Positions 17,803-28,997 of a DNA stretch of 56,079 nt are shown piece by piece; position 1 is the first letter of the stretch, and each line of letters begins with the position of its first letter. The DNA lies in contig NZ_PWAA01000009.1 in assembly GCF_003031585.1 (NCBI RefSeq), positions 1 to 56,079 on the forward strand, read 5' to 3'. The notes beneath the pieces are model-generated. The model had not been told where the DNA came from, did no database searches, and worked only from the letters and a program-made list of their open reading frames with translations. Source of the stretch: Thalassobius sp. I31.1 (GTDB lineage: Bacteria > Pseudomonadota > Alphaproteobacteria > Rhodobacterales > Rhodobacteraceae). The position numbers were made by a program, and so were the translations under genes.

Positions 17803-19380
17803 ATGCCCCGATACAGGATGCCAGTGCCCGTGCGAAACATGCCGGTTACAGCCCTGAGCGTTGCTTCGACAGCCATGCTCATCAGTGCAGTTTCATCCGC
17901 CTTTGCCGGCGTCACAGATGAACCCCACCTGAACATCATTCCCCGCACCGGGGCAGAGGCTGCCCGGATCGAAACTGTCACCACGCCGGTGACTGATTTT
18001 TCTGAAGCCAACCGGTTTGAGGTCAATTCTGCTGGTGCTGCTACGGTGCGTGCGCGGCGCGATGCACATGCGTTTTCCCAGGCCTCAGGCAATATGCCGT
18101 TTGAGGATGAGTTAACCTTCAAGATCGGCAATGGGTTCTTCCGCAAGCTCTGGGTTTCGTCGCCTGCCTCAACGCTTGCCTCCGACGGCCTCGGGCCACT
18201 TTACAACGCGCGTTCCTGCCAGCGCTGCCACCTGAAAGACGGGCGCGGCCATCCGCCGGAAGCGGGCGAAAACAGCAATGTTTCAATCTTCCTGCGCACA
18301 TCCATTCCCGCACCGGTTGGTTACGAGTTGCCGGAAGGCATGGCCGAGATCGAAGGCTATCTCGCGACCCTGCCGGAACCAACCTATGGCAGCCAGCTGC
18401 AGGATCTGGCCCTGCCCGGGCATGATCCGGAAATCCGACTGGAGATCAGCTATGAAGAACGTGAAGTACAGCTAAACGGCGAGACCGTCAGCCTGCGCGT
18501 GCCGACCTATACGCCTGCTGATCCGGCTTATGGGGCCTTCCACCCTGACGCCATGTTCAGCCCGCGCATTGCGCCGCAGATGATTGGTCTGGGCCTGCTG
18601 GAAGCAATCCCTGCCGCGGATATTCTGGTGAATGCGGATCCCGATGATCTGGATGGCGACAGTGTTTCCGGTCGCCCCAATATCGTCTGGTCCCGTGAAT
18701 TTGATATGCCCATGCTTGGTCGTTTTGGCCTGAAGGCTGGCACCGCGACGGTGAATGAACAATCCGCCGGGGCTTTCGCCGGTGATATCGGCATTTCCAA
18801 TCCGCTGTTCCCTGGTGGCTGGGGCGAATGCACCGAAGCACAGGAACATTGTCGCAACGCCGTGCATGGCGAGGAACCGGACAATCGTGACAATCTTGAG
18901 GTCGATACCGAAGGACTGGAACTTGTCACCTTCTACAGTCGCAACCTTGGTGTGCCCGCGCGGCGCAACGTGGACGCGCCAGAGGTTCTGCGCGGCAAGC
19001 AGCTCTTTTATGAAACCGGCTGCATTTCCTGTCACACACCGGCTTTTGTGACCCATCGTCTGGAAGATCAGGTGGAACAAAGCTTTCAGCTGATCTGGCC
19101 CTATTCTGACATGCTGCTGCATGACATGGGTGAAGGGCTTGCAGATAACCGCCCCGAAGCCCGCGCAACGGGACGAGAGTGGCGCACGCCGCCGCTTTGG
19201 GGGATTGGCTTGACGCGCCAGGTTTCCGGGCACACATACTTCCTGCATGACGGTCGCGCGCGTTCTTTGCTAGAAGCGATTCTCTGGCACGGGGGCGAAG
19301 CGCAGAATATGCGGGATGCTGTGGTTGCTATGGAACCGGATGCGCGTGCGGATCTGATCGCATTTTTAGAAAGCCTGTAA
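17803..19380 (+). CDS. Di-heme cytochrome c peroxidase-like / thiol oxidoreductase (DUF1111)
   Basis: Two CxxCH motifs (CQRCH, CISCH). Signal peptide. Conserved partner of imelysin genes. Confidence 0.8.
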   Translation: MPRYRMPVPVRNMPVTALSVASTAMLISAVSSAFAGVTDEPHLNIIPRTGAEAARIETVTTPVTDFSEANRFEVNSAGAATVRARRDAHAFSQASGNMPFEDELTFKIGNGFFRKLWVSSPASTLASDGLGPLYNARSCQRCHLKDGRGHPPEAGENSNVSIFLRTSIPAPVGYELPEGMAEIEGYLATLPEPTYGSQLQDLALPGHDPEIRLEISYEEREVQLNGETVSLRVPTYTPADPAYGAFHPDAMFSPRIAPQMIGLGLLEAIPAADILVNADPDDLDGDSVSGRPNIVWSREFDMPMLGRFGLKAGTATVNEQSAGAFAGDIGISNPLFPGGWGECTEAQEHCRNAVHGEEPDNRDNLEVDTEGLELVTFYSRNLGVPARRNVDAPEVLRGKQLFYETGCISCHTPAFVTHRLEDQVEQSFQLIWPYSDMLLHDMGEGLADNRPEARATGREWRTPPLWGIGLTRQVSGHTYFLHDGRARSLLEAILWHGGEAQNMRDAVVAMEPDARADLIAFLESL

Positions 19381-19409
19381 GCCTGGGGGCAGCGGGTAGA
19401 TATGAAGGA

Positions 19410-20438
19410 TTGGCCATGCGCCGTATTTTAAAACCAGCTGTTTTTGCGCTTATGGGGTTGCTGCCTGCAGGCGCGCAGGCGGACATGAAAACGATTATTG
19501 AAAACACGGTGCAGGATCAGATCCTGCCGGGCTATCAGGCGCTGCACAATCACGCGCAATCTCTGGCGCTTGCGACGGCAAGCCATTGTGCCGCCAGCGA
19601 TCCTGATCTGCGCGATGCCTGGGGCGGAATGATGGATGCCTGGACACGGGTCAGCCATCTGCGCTTTGGTCCGTCTGAGGTTGACGGGCGTGCTTTTGCC
19701 ATTGCCTTCTGGCCCGACCCGCGCAGCAAAACCGCCAAAGCCCTGAACCAGATTCTGACAGATCTTGATCCTTCTGTCGGCACGCCGGAAGAATTTGCAG
19801 AGGTGTCCGTCGCGGCCCGTGGTCTCTATGCGCTGGAATTTCTGCTGTATGATCCGGCCTATGCCGACCAGGCGACACCAGAATACCGCTGCGCCCTGAT
19901 CCGGGCCATTGCCAATGGTCTTGTGGAAACCAGTGCCGTGATCCTGGGGGACTGGGAAGCTGAATATGCGGATCAGATGCTGAACCCGACTGAAACAGGT
20001 GCCTGGCGCAGTGAAGAAGAAGTCTTCCGGGAACTGTTTAAAGCTTTGTCGACCGGGCTTCAGTTCACGGCAGAAACCCGTATTGGCCGCCCGTTGGGAA
20101 CCTTTGACCGCCCGCGTCCGCGCCGGGCAGAACTGCGCCGGTCAGACCGGTCCCGCCATCAGGTGATTGTGGCGCTTGAGGAACTTTCTGAACTGGCCGC
20201 ACTTTTGTCTGCGGATCACCCGGAGATCGCTGCGCGATTCGCGGCCGAATTTGAGGCGGCGCTTGGACATGCTGCCAATCCTGATGATCCGGTCTTTGCG
20301 TCAGTCGATGAGATTTCCGGTCGCCTGAAGGTCGAAATCCTTCAGCAATCGGTGGAACGTCTGCGCGAAATCCTGGTGATGGAACTTGGCCCGGCCATGG
20401 GTGTTGGGATTGGTTTCAACGCGCTGGACGGGGACTGA
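19410..20438 (+). CDS. Imelysin family protein (second copy)
   Basis: Signal peptide. Conserved EFLLYD-type HxxE-like region. Typical four-gene cluster position. Confidence 0.75.
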   Translation: MAMRRILKPAVFALMGLLPAGAQADMKTIIENTVQDQILPGYQALHNHAQSLALATASHCAASDPDLRDAWGGMMDAWTRVSHLRFGPSEVDGRAFAIAFWPDPRSKTAKALNQILTDLDPSVGTPEEFAEVSVAARGLYALEFLLYDPAYADQATPEYRCALIRAIANGLVETSAVILGDWEAEYADQMLNPTETGAWRSEEEVFRELFKALSTGLQFTAETRIGRPLGTFDRPRPRRAELRRSDRSRHQVIVALEELSELAALLSADHPEIAARFAAEFEAALGHAANPDDPVFASVDEISGRLKVEILQQSVERLREILVMELGPAMGVGIGFNALDGD

Positions 20439-20441
20439 TCG

Positions 20442-21524
20442 ATGCAATCCACGCGGCGCGGTTTTCTGGCGGGGATGATGGCTGCGGGTGCTGTGCCAGC
20501 AACGTCATGGGCCGAAGCTGGCAATCCGGCTTATCTGGCGGCAGCGCGGGATAGCGATGGGGCATATCATCTGGCAGGGCTTGCAGGTGACGGGGCAGGG
20601 CGTTTCAGTATTCCACTGCCCGGGCGGGGCCATGCGGCGACGGCCCACCCAAAGCATCCCGAAGCCATCGCCTTTGCCCGCCGTCCAGGCACATTCGCCC
20701 TGGTGATTGATTGCCTTGCAGGTCGCGAAATCGCCCGGCTGGACGCGCCGGAAGGGCGGCATTTCTACGGGCATGGGGTGTTTTCGCAGGATGGAAACCT
20801 GCTGTTCACGCCCGAAAATGATTACGACAATGGTGTTGGTGTGATCGGTGTCTGGGATCGCAGGGCGCATTGGGATCGGGTCGGCGCGTTTTCGTCCGGC
20901 GGCACCGGCCCGCATGAAATCTCCCGATTGCCCGGACAGGATGTGCTGGTGGTGGCGAATGGCGGGATCGAAACCCACCCGGAAACGGGACGTGCGAAGC
21001 TGAATATCCCGGATATGCGTCCGAACCTCAGCTATATAACTGCCAATGGCCATCTTCTGGAACAGGTTGAACCACCCGTTGCGGATCACATGAATTCCCT
21101 GCGGCATCTGGCTGTGAATGCAGATGGGCTGGTGGCCTGCGCGTTGCAGTGGCAGGGCGATCGTTTTGATGCGCCTGCTTTGCTGGCGATCCATCGTCAG
21201 GGCCGGGCTTTGCAGTTCGCTATGGCGTCTGATACGCAGCATTTGCAGATGCAGGCCTATGGCGGGTCGGTCAGCTTTAGTGGCGATGGATCACATATTG
21301 CGGTGACATCCCCGCGCGGCGGTGTGGTGCAGATCTTTGACAGGGAAGGCGCGTTTCTGACGCAGCACAGTCTGGAAGATGTCTGTGGCGCAGCCCCCGC
21401 GACAGGTACGGGTTTTATTGTGACCACAGGCACAGGTGAAGTCGCAGAAATTGATGCCAGCGGAAAGTATCAGAAGTTGTCACAACATACGCGGCAGTGG
21501 GACAATCATCTGATTGCGATCTGA
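20442..21524 (+). CDS. DUF1513 domain protein (Tat-secreted beta-propeller)
   Basis: Twin-arginine signal MQSTRRGFLAGMMAAGAVPATSWA. Last member of the imelysin/DUF1111/imelysin/DUF1513 cluster. Confidence 0.75.
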   Translation: MQSTRRGFLAGMMAAGAVPATSWAEAGNPAYLAAARDSDGAYHLAGLAGDGAGRFSIPLPGRGHAATAHPKHPEAIAFARRPGTFALVIDCLAGREIARLDAPEGRHFYGHGVFSQDGNLLFTPENDYDNGVGVIGVWDRRAHWDRVGAFSSGGTGPHEISRLPGQDVLVVANGGIETHPETGRAKLNIPDMRPNLSYITANGHLLEQVEPPVADHMNSLRHLAVNADGLVACALQWQGDRFDAPALLAIHRQGRALQFAMASDTQHLQMQAYGGSVSFSGDGSHIAVTSPRGGVVQIFDREGAFLTQHSLEDVCGAAPATGTGFIVTTGTGEVAEIDASGKYQKLSQHTRQWDNHLIAI

Positions 21525-21534
21525 TCCCGCAGGA

Positions 21535-21750
21535 TCAGCCCAGAATAATTCCAACCACAACCAACATCAGACCCAGCGCAGACACACCCAGTGCACCCAG
21601 GTTCACCGCGACGATTTTTTGCAGGCGGGTGCGCAATACTTCATCTTCCAGACCAGCGTTGCGGGCTTTCATCGCCTGGAAAATACACCAGAAGATGCCA
21701 CAGAGACCAAGAAAGGACAGGGCCGCACCGGGCCAGATCAGGAAGGACAT
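21535..21750 (-). CDS. Small two-TM membrane protein (71 aa), hypothetical
   Basis: Hydrophobic N- and C-termini with a basic middle. Host-like codon usage. Confidence 0.45.
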   Translation of the reverse strand: MSFLIWPGAALSFLGLCGIFWCIFQAMKARNAGLEDEVLRTRLQKIVAVNLGALGVSALGLMLVVVGIILG

Positions 21751-21884
21751 ATTTTGCTCCGTTTGAACTTGCTGTCCCCTCTACTGCCTGGCAGGGAATT
21801 ACGCAAGCTGACCGGATGTACGGCACGGGCTTGCGGTGGCGTAAAAGGCGCGGTAATCAGAGGCTCGAAACAAAGGATGCTGTT

Positions 21885-22145
21885 ATGAACGATTTTTCTG
21901 CCGACTCCAGCTATCGCGTGACTGCGGATGAACTGCGCCAGTTTATTGAGCGCATCGAGCGTCTTGACGCTGAAAAGAAAGATCTTGCGGAACAGCAGAA
22001 AGAAGTGCTGGCCGAAGCCAAAGGTCGTGGCTACGACACCAAGATCATCCGCAAAGTGATCGCGCTGCGCAAGCGTGAACCAAATGACATTGCGGAAGAA
22101 GAAGCCGTGCTTGAAATGTATAAAGAAGCTTTGGGCATGCACTGA
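21885..22145 (+). CDS. DUF2312/UPF0335 family protein
   Basis: 86 aa coiled, charged protein (ELRQFIERIERLDAEKKDLAEQQKEVLAEAKGRGYDTKIIRKVIALRK) typical of this alphaproteobacterial family. AAGGATG-type RBS. Confidence 0.7.
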   Translation: MNDFSADSSYRVTADELRQFIERIERLDAEKKDLAEQQKEVLAEAKGRGYDTKIIRKVIALRKREPNDIAEEEAVLEMYKEALGMH

Positions 22146-22163
22146 AGCAGTCCTGCCCTCTGA

Positions 22164-23042
22164 TCAGGGCAGGATCACATCAATATCATTCATTGCAATG
22201 ATACGCTGCGTGTCTTCTTCATAGTTTCGGGTGGCTTCATCAATCAAAGCCATATCCCATCCAGGCATATTGATTTCCTGTTCAAGTGCATCCGGCACTG
22301 AGAATTTATCAAGGTAAGCGGTGGCAACAGCGCTGTGTTGCTGCTGCGTCATGGGGGATCGGGCTTTCATATAGGCCTGATACCGCTGCAATCCCTCTTT
22401 TGTCATGATCTCGGCCAGAACATCGTTTGCGCCGTGCAGTGGGGTCACGTTGGCAGGCAGGCCGGCGACAGACAACAAGACCTCAGACCAGATCAGCGGG
22501 GTGTCTTCCTGACACCAGACCACCATTTGTGCATTCGGGCAGGCCTGGCGCAGACGTCCGATCAATTCTGACCAGAGCAATTTCCGTGGATCGGTCTGCT
22601 GAAGTTCTGCCCTGTCTCCGGGGCCGGAACTTTGTTCCAGCAAGGTTGGTACAAAGGTCACAGGGTTACTGATGCTCAGGTGGAGTTCAACATCAGTCGC
22701 AGGAAGCAGGTTCACCAGCGTGGCCACACGCGCAGGGGCTTCCGGATACAAGACGTTGCCTCTGACCGCAAACTTCGGAAACCCCATGAAATTAGGGGCC
22801 GACAAAACAAGCCTGTCCGCTTCGCCATCTTCAAGGATGTTGCTCAGGATTTCCTGCCCCTGAGTTTTGTTCAGCTTCCCACCTTCGGCGTAAGCCAGCA
22901 CTTCACGCAGATTACGTCGGTATTTTCCCGGGCCAGGGACAGCAATGCCGCCTTTTGAAAGACGCTCCCGGTCTTTCAGTACCCCCCGCAACAGATTGTC
23001 GCCATCCGCTGAATGCGCACCAATGTGATAAGCGATCTTCAT
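22164..23042 (-). CDS. Hypothetical protein (about 292 aa), family unknown
   Basis: Long ORF with host-like codon usage. ATG at 23042. No motif recognised. Confidence 0.55.
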   Translation of the reverse strand: MKIAYHIGAHSADGDNLLRGVLKDRERLSKGGIAVPGPGKYRRNLREVLAYAEGGKLNKTQGQEILSNILEDGEADRLVLSAPNFMGFPKFAVRGNVLYPEAPARVATLVNLLPATDVELHLSISNPVTFVPTLLEQSSGPGDRAELQQTDPRKLLWSELIGRLRQACPNAQMVVWCQEDTPLIWSEVLLSVAGLPANVTPLHGANDVLAEIMTKEGLQRYQAYMKARSPMTQQQHSAVATAYLDKFSVPDALEQEINMPGWDMALIDEATRNYEEDTQRIIAMNDIDVILP

Positions 23043-23159
23043 ATATACCCATTGCCCCAATTAATTTCCGTCGCCCATTTCATCAAACTCTGCTGGCATG
23101 GCGATTACGCGCCAAGTATAAGCACAAAAATATCAGGGAAAAAAGGTGGTGATCCTTTG

Positions 23160-24839
23160 ATGAGACAGGCAGAGCCCGCAGGTGTGGCAAAAAAAGCCAC
23201 CAGAGGTCAGGCCGCCCGGAAACGGCGCGGTATATCGGGATGGTCCCTTGGGGCATTTCTGATTGCAGTCTGTGTTGTGCTGCCGGTTCTGGCCGTGGTT
23301 TTTCTGGCGTTTTTCCCAACCGAAAACATCTGGCCACATCTTCTGAACACCACTCTGCCGCGCTATTTTTCCAACACGCTGTTTCTGGTGCTCAGCGTCG
23401 GGGCACTTGCCGGGATCACCGGGGTTACAACGGCCTGGCTTATCGTCATGTACCGTTTTCCCGGGGCGAGGATCCTGGAATGGCTTCTGCTTCTGCCTCT
23501 GGCGATCCCGGCCTATGTCGGTGCTTATGCACTGGTGGATTTTCTGGAATATGCGGGGCCTGTGCAGACTGCGTTGCGATCAACCTTTGGATGGGCGACA
23601 TCGCGCGATTACTGGTTCCCTGACATCCGGTCCCGTGGCGCCGCAGTCATCGTGCTGGCCGGTGCTTTGTATCCTTATGTTTATCTGCTGTGCCGGGCGT
23701 CTTTCCGGGAACAGTCATCCGCCGGGTATGATGTGGCGCGTGCCCTGGGTGCAGGGCCTTTTGCGCGGTTCTTCCGTCTTGGTCTGCCGCTGGCACGTCC
23801 GGCACTTGCAGCCAGCTGTGCAGTTGTGATGATGGAAACTGTCGCTGATTTCGGCACGGTTGAATATTTTGCGGTCCAGACCCTGACCACCGGGATCTTC
23901 ACGACCTGGCTGGAAAGCAACAATGCCGGGGGGGCCGCACAAATCGCCTGTGTGGTTCTGACGCTTGTGCTTTTGCTGCTGGGGTTCGAGCGGATCAGCC
24001 GCCGCAAACACCGCTATCACAACCCCGCCCGCAATCCGCGCCCACTGACGCAGGTGCGCCTGAAAGGGGGCAGAGGCCTGGCGGCGATGATGTTCTGTCT
24101 TGTGCCATTTGCCATCGGGTTTGTTCTGCCGGCGGGGGTGATTTCCTGGCACAGTCTTAACAATTATGATTTCTGGTTGGATGCCTCGCTGTTTTCAGCG
24201 CTCTGGAATACGCTGTTCACCGGCATCAGCGCGGGGCTGCTGACTGTAACTGCGGCGCTGTTTATGGTCTACGGTGTCCGCCTCAGCGGGCGACGTCTGC
24301 CACGGCTGTTGATGCCGATCACCACGATTGGTTACGCAGCACCCGGCGCGGTTCTGGCCGTGGGCATTCTGATCCCGCTGGCGGGTCTTGATCATATGCT
24401 GGCAGATGGCGTGTTGGCCCTGACAGGCTATGATCCCGGGCTGCTTTTGACAGGCACGGCTTTTGCCCTGATCTTTGCGTATTGTGTGCGTTTCTTTGCG
24501 ATTGCCCAGGGCGCGGCGGATTCAGCGCTTGGCCGTGTTGCGCCAAGCCTGCCAATGGCGGCGCGATCCCTTGGACGTACCGAAGGTGGCGTTTTGCGAT
24601 CTGTGCATGTGCCGCTGATCCGGGGGTCTGTGACAACGGCTGTCCTGCTGGTTTTTGTCGATTGTTCAAAAGAACTGCCCGCAACCCTGCTGCTGCGCCC
24701 GTTTAACTTTAACACGCTGGCAACCCGTGTGTATGAACAAGCGTCACTTGAAAACCTGGAACAGGCGGCCCCCGCAGCAATGCTGGTGATTTTAACCGGG
24801 CTTTGCGCGGTTCTGGTGCTTGCACGGTCCAGCCGCTGA
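23160..24839 (+). CDS. Iron(III) ABC transporter permease (FbpB-like fused two-domain permease)
   Basis: 559 aa with two tandem ABC-permease halves, each with EAA-like loops (ARALGAGPFARFFRLGLP; ARSLGRTEGGVLRSVHVP). About 12 TM segments. Confidence 0.75.
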   Translation: MRQAEPAGVAKKATRGQAARKRRGISGWSLGAFLIAVCVVLPVLAVVFLAFFPTENIWPHLLNTTLPRYFSNTLFLVLSVGALAGITGVTTAWLIVMYRFPGARILEWLLLLPLAIPAYVGAYALVDFLEYAGPVQTALRSTFGWATSRDYWFPDIRSRGAAVIVLAGALYPYVYLLCRASFREQSSAGYDVARALGAGPFARFFRLGLPLARPALAASCAVVMMETVADFGTVEYFAVQTLTTGIFTTWLESNNAGGAAQIACVVLTLVLLLLGFERISRRKHRYHNPARNPRPLTQVRLKGGRGLAAMMFCLVPFAIGFVLPAGVISWHSLNNYDFWLDASLFSALWNTLFTGISAGLLTVTAALFMVYGVRLSGRRLPRLLMPITTIGYAAPGAVLAVGILIPLAGLDHMLADGVLALTGYDPGLLLTGTAFALIFAYCVRFFAIAQGAADSALGRVAPSLPMAARSLGRTEGGVLRSVHVPLIRGSVTTAVLLVFVDCSKELPATLLLRPFNFNTLATRVYEQASLENLEQAAPAAMLVILTGLCAVLVLARSSR

Positions 24840-24854
24840 GTTCCGGCAGGCAAT

Positions 24855-24888
24855 AAAAAAGCCGCCCGGTGATGGGCGGCCTTTTCTT
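24855..24888. terminator. Bidirectional terminator between the permease (+) and clpA (-).
   Basis: A-run, GCCGCCC...GGGCGGC stem, then T-run. Confidence 0.7.
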
Positions 24889-24904
24889 TATTGTGTGAAA
24901 CGGA

Positions 24905-27232
24905 TCACTCTGCCGTCAGCAGGCGCGGGGACTTACCCGAAAGCTGTTTGGCTTCCTGTGGCAGGATTTCCAGATCCAGTTCGTCGTTCTTTACGCCAAC
25001 CCGGACAACGCCACCTTTTGCGAGCGATCCGAACAACAGTTCTTCCGCCAGCGGTTTCTTGATGTGTTCCTGGATCACACGGCCCAGAGGACGTGCGCCC
25101 ATTTTCGCATCATAACCTTTCTCACCCAGCCATTCGGCTGCTTCCGGGGTCAGTTCAAAGGTCACGTTGCGATCCATCAGTTGCGCTTCAAGCTGAAGAA
25201 CGAATTTCTCAACCACTTTCATGATCACGTCTTTGCCTAGTGGTGCAAAGCTTACGACCGCATCCAGACGGTTGCGGAATTCCGGGCTGAAGGTGCGTTC
25301 AATCGCAGCAGTGTCTTCGCCTTCGCGACGATCACGACCAAAACCAACGGCTTCTTTGGCCTGATCGGCAGCACCGGCGTTTGAGGTCATGATCAGAATG
25401 ACATTGCGGAAATCAACCGTGCGCCCGTTGTGATCGGTCAGCTGGCCGTTATCCATAACCTGAAGCAGGATGTTAAAGACATCCGGGTGGGCTTTTTCGA
25501 TTTCATCCAGCAGAAGCACACAATGTGGATGCTGATCCACGCCATCGGTCAGCAGACCGCCCTGGTCAAAACCGACATAACCCGGAGGCGCACCGATCAG
25601 ACGGGAAACCGCGTGTTTTTCCATATATTCGGACATGTCAAACCGTAGCATTTCCACACCAAGGGTGCTGGACAGCTGTTTGGCAACTTCGGTTTTGCCT
25701 ACACCGGTTGGCCCTGCGAACAGATAGTTCCCGATGGGTTTTTCCGGTTCACGAAGGCCTGCACGCGCCAGTTTAATAGCACTGGAAAGGGCTTCAATCG
25801 CTGTATCCTGACCAAAGACCACACGTTTCAGAGAGGTCTCAAGGTCGCGCAGGACTTCGGCATCGTCTTTCGACACATTTTTCGCCGGGATACGGGCGAT
25901 TTTTGAAACCACAGCTTCGATTTCTTTCGTGCCGATGGTTTTACGACGCTTGCTTTCCGCCACCAGATGCTGGGCGGCACCTGCCTCGTCAATCACGTCA
26001 ATGGCCTTGTCGGGCAATTTACGATCCGTGATATAGCGCGCGGACAGTTCTACCGCTGATTTGATCGCATCCAGGGTGTAGCGAATGTCGTGATGTTCCT
26101 CAAAATAGGGTTTGATCCCCTTGAGGATTTTGATCGTATCCGGGACAGAGGGTTCATTCACGTCGATCTTCTGAAAGCGACGCGCAAGCGCGCGGTCTTT
26201 TTCAAAATGTTGACGGAATTCTTTATAGGTGGTGGACCCCATGCAGCGCAGATTGCCGCCCTGGAGTGCGGGTTTCAGCAGGTTGGATGCATCCATCGCC
26301 CCGCCGGATGTGGCACCGGCACCGATGATCGTGTGGATCTCATCAATGAAAAGAACCGCATTGGGGTGTTCTTCCAGTTCGGTCATCACCGCTTTCAGGC
26401 GTTCCTCAAAGTCGCCACGATACCGCGTGCCCGCCAGAAGCGCGCCCATATCAAGGGAATAGATGATCGTTTCAGACAGGATTTCAGGGGTTTCACCCTG
26501 AACAATCTTACGTGCAAGCCCTTCTGCAATCGCGGTTTTACCGACGCCGGGATCACCCACCAGCAGGGGGTTGTTCTTGCGGCGACGACACAGAACCTGA
26601 ATGCAGCGCTCGACTTCGTGTTCCCGCCCGATCAGCGGATCGACTTCGCCTTCTTCCGCCTTATGGTTCAGATCAACGCAGTATTTGGACAGCGCAGTTT
26701 CCTTTTCCTCAGGCTCAGCACCTGAAAACCCGTCATGGTCTTCTGCCGAAGCAGATGCGCCAGTCAGGGGGCGATCTTCTGAAAAATCCGGATCCTTGGC
26801 CATGCCATGGGCGATGAAGTTCACCGCGTCATAACGGGTCATATCCTGGGCCTGGAGGAAGTAAACCGCATTGCTTTCCCGTTCCGCAAAGATAGCAACC
26901 AGGACATTCGCGCCGGTTACTTCTGTGCGGCCAGATGATTGCACATGGATCGCGGCGCGTTGAATCACCCGTTGAAACGCAGCTGTCGGCGCGGCTTCTG
27001 ACCCTTCGATGTCGGTGATCAGACCGGTCAGTTCTTCGTCGATGAAATCCTGAAGCTCACCGCGCAGGATATCAAGGTTGACCTCACAGGCCTGCATGAC
27101 CCGCGCGGCATCCGGTTCGTCGACCAGGGCCAGCAAAAGATGTTCTAGGGTTGCAAATTCATGGCGGCGCGCATTTGCCAGGGCAAGTGCCGCGTGAATA
27201 GACTGCTCAAGCGTCGTAGAAAATGAAGGCAT
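24905..27232 (-). CDS. clpA: ATP-dependent Clp protease ATP-binding subunit ClpA
   Basis: Two AAA+ modules (GDPGVGKT and GPTGVGKT Walker A). N-domain [19 protein letters not shown]. About 775 aa. Confidence 0.95.
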   Translation of the reverse strand: MPSFSTTLEQSIHAALALANARRHEFATLEHLLLALVDEPDAARVMQACEVNLDILRGELQDFIDEELTGLITDIEGSEAAPTAAFQRVIQRAAIHVQSSGRTEVTGANVLVAIFAERESNAVYFLQAQDMTRYDAVNFIAHGMAKDPDFSEDRPLTGASASAEDHDGFSGAEPEEKETALSKYCVDLNHKAEEGEVDPLIGREHEVERCIQVLCRRRKNNPLLVGDPGVGKTAIAEGLARKIVQGETPEILSETIIYSLDMGALLAGTRYRGDFEERLKAVMTELEEHPNAVLFIDEIHTIIGAGATSGGAMDASNLLKPALQGGNLRCMGSTTYKEFRQHFEKDRALARRFQKIDVNEPSVPDTIKILKGIKPYFEEHHDIRYTLDAIKSAVELSARYITDRKLPDKAIDVIDEAGAAQHLVAESKRRKTIGTKEIEAVVSKIARIPAKNVSKDDAEVLRDLETSLKRVVFGQDTAIEALSSAIKLARAGLREPEKPIGNYLFAGPTGVGKTEVAKQLSSTLGVEMLRFDMSEYMEKHAVSRLIGAPPGYVGFDQGGLLTDGVDQHPHCVLLLDEIEKAHPDVFNILLQVMDNGQLTDHNGRTVDFRNVILIMTSNAGAADQAKEAVGFGRDRREGEDTAAIERTFSPEFRNRLDAVVSFAPLGKDVIMKVVEKFVLQLEAQLMDRNVTFELTPEAAEWLGEKGYDAKMGARPLGRVIQEHIKKPLAEELLFGSLAKGGVVRVGVKNDELDLEILPQEAKQLSGKSPRLLTAE

Positions 27233-27440
27233 GGCGATTGTGCTCCTTATCCTTCCGGCCATGGGGCGCGCAGGAAGTCTGCGTGCTTTTCCAGGATGGT
27301 CCATTACTCTTAAAGTTCGGTTGTGATCCGGGGCGATACAAGTGCTTTTTCTTCAAATTACATCACATTCGGTGTTTTTAGGGTGATTTTTTCCGAAAAT
27401 ACCTCTGCTGCCCGGTCGCGATCTCACTTTCTCAGTGGCT

Positions 27441-28211
27441 TCAGAAGTTATCCTTCTGTCGCCGGATTTCAGCAAAGACCGCAGCAGGGGCGGCATCTGT
27501 CCCCAGACCTGCGGCCTGGATCAGCGCTTCTTCCTGACAGCGCAGGAAAGGGTTTGTGTCCAGCTCAAGCTGCAATGTGGAAACGCCAGTGGGTTCCCCC
27601 GCATCGCGTTTGCGGGCGTTTTCCTGAACCCGTGCCTGCACCGCCGGATTGTCCCCGTCCACAGATAGGGCAAAGGCGCCGTTGCCCGCACTATATTCAT
27701 GACCAGAATAAACCGTGGTGTCAGCGGGTAGGGCTGTGAGTTTCGCAAGGCTTTCGAACATCACCCCCGGCGTGCCTTCAAACAACCGCCCACAGCCAAA
27801 GGCCATCAGGCTGTCTGCGGTGAACACAGCTTTTTCATCTGGCAGGTGAAAAGCGATATGGCCGAGTGTATGGCCAGAGACATCAAAGACCTCACAGGGC
27901 GTTCCGGCGACCTCAAAGCGATCGCCTTCAGAAACTTCCAGATCCAGCGCGGACAGACGGTGTGCATCGGCTTTTGCCCCAATAACTTTGGCACCGGTCG
28001 CACTGCGCAGTTCTTCCGCACCGTCGATGTGATCATAGTGATGATGTGTCAGCAGGATTTGCGTTAACTGCCAGCCGCGTTCTGCCAGTGCGGCTTTCAC
28101 GGGGGCGGCCTCGGGCGCATCGATCAGCGCGGTTTCCCTGGTTTCTGAATTGTGGATCAGAAAGAAGTAGTTGTCTGCAAGAGCGGGCAGGGTGACGATT
28201 TCCAGAGACAT
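27441..28211 (-). CDS. gloB: Hydroxyacylglutathione hydrolase (glyoxalase II)
   Basis: MBL-fold motif THHHYDHIDG. About 256 aa. Confidence 0.85.
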   Translation of the reverse strand: MSLEIVTLPALADNYFFLIHNSETRETALIDAPEAAPVKAALAERGWQLTQILLTHHHYDHIDGAEELRSATGAKVIGAKADAHRLSALDLEVSEGDRFEVAGTPCEVFDVSGHTLGHIAFHLPDEKAVFTADSLMAFGCGRLFEGTPGVMFESLAKLTALPADTTVYSGHEYSAGNGAFALSVDGDNPAVQARVQENARKRDAGEPTGVSTLQLELDTNPFLRCQEEALIQAAGLGTDAAPAAVFAEIRRQKDNF

Positions 28212-28294
28212 ATCTGATCCTTTTATGGCCTTACCGACAGACTTGCCCAAATCGTCAGGAGGTGCAACAGAGGAGGCAGTAAAAGGATGACGTA

Positions 28295-28960
28295 ATGAAA
28301 AAACCTCTGATATTGCCGGACAGCGCACATCTGAAAGATCAGACCGGCGATGGCCGTCTGCATGCGCCCTCTGCCGCGCGCAATCAGGAACCGATTGCAG
28401 AGGTGCTGGCGCAGATTCTGCCAGAGCGGGGCGATGTCCTGGAACTGGCCAGTGGCACAGGCCAACATATCTGTGCTTTTGCCGCCCGCTGGCCGGATCT
28501 GACCTGGCAGCCCAGTGATGTAGATGATGACCGCCTGGACAGCATCCGGGCCTGGGGGCGTGAGGCAGAGCTTGCGAACCTGCGTGAGGCGATACGCCTG
28601 GATGCGGTGTCTGGTTGGGATGCCCTGGGGAAGACCTATGATTTCACCTATGTGGTGAACCTTCTGCATCTGATTTCTGACGATCAGGCAGCGGCGGTGT
28701 TGTCGGGTATGGTTGGGGGTCTGAACCCCGGTGGTCAGGTGATGATCTACGGGCCGTTTTCTGACAACGGCGTATTCCGCAGTGAAGGGGATGCGTCTTT
28801 TCATTCCAGCCTTCAAAGTCAGGATACTGAGATTGGATATAAAGATTCGCAATGGGTGCTGTCGCGACTGGAGGCTGCGGGGTTGAAGGATTCGTCTGAA
28901 CGGCAGATGCCGGCGAGCAATCTGATCCTGCATGCGAGGGTAGCTTCTGAAGCGCATTAA
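28295..28960 (+). CDS. DUF938-type class I SAM-dependent methyltransferase
   Basis: LELASGTGQH SAM-binding motif. Commonly adjacent to gloB in alphaproteobacteria. Confidence 0.7.
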   Translation: MKKPLILPDSAHLKDQTGDGRLHAPSAARNQEPIAEVLAQILPERGDVLELASGTGQHICAFAARWPDLTWQPSDVDDDRLDSIRAWGREAELANLREAIRLDAVSGWDALGKTYDFTYVVNLLHLISDDQAAAVLSGMVGGLNPGGQVMIYGPFSDNGVFRSEGDASFHSSLQSQDTEIGYKDSQWVLSRLEAAGLKDSSERQMPASNLILHARVASEAH

Positions 28961-28997
28961 GATGTTTCTTGACTTGGTTTTGCTTAGGAGCGACCGC

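Noticed and set aside
23013-23159. Long N-terminal extension of the iron ABC permease (start at 23013)
   Set aside because: The extension lacks permease features and overlaps the divergent promoter. ATG at 23160 with a GGTGG RBS gives a standard FbpB-like N-terminus.
27233-27440. Expected clpS upstream of clpA
   Set aside because: Only about 207 nt separate clpA from gloB and there is no ORF of ClpS size. clpS is presumably elsewhere. Not an anomaly worth scoring.
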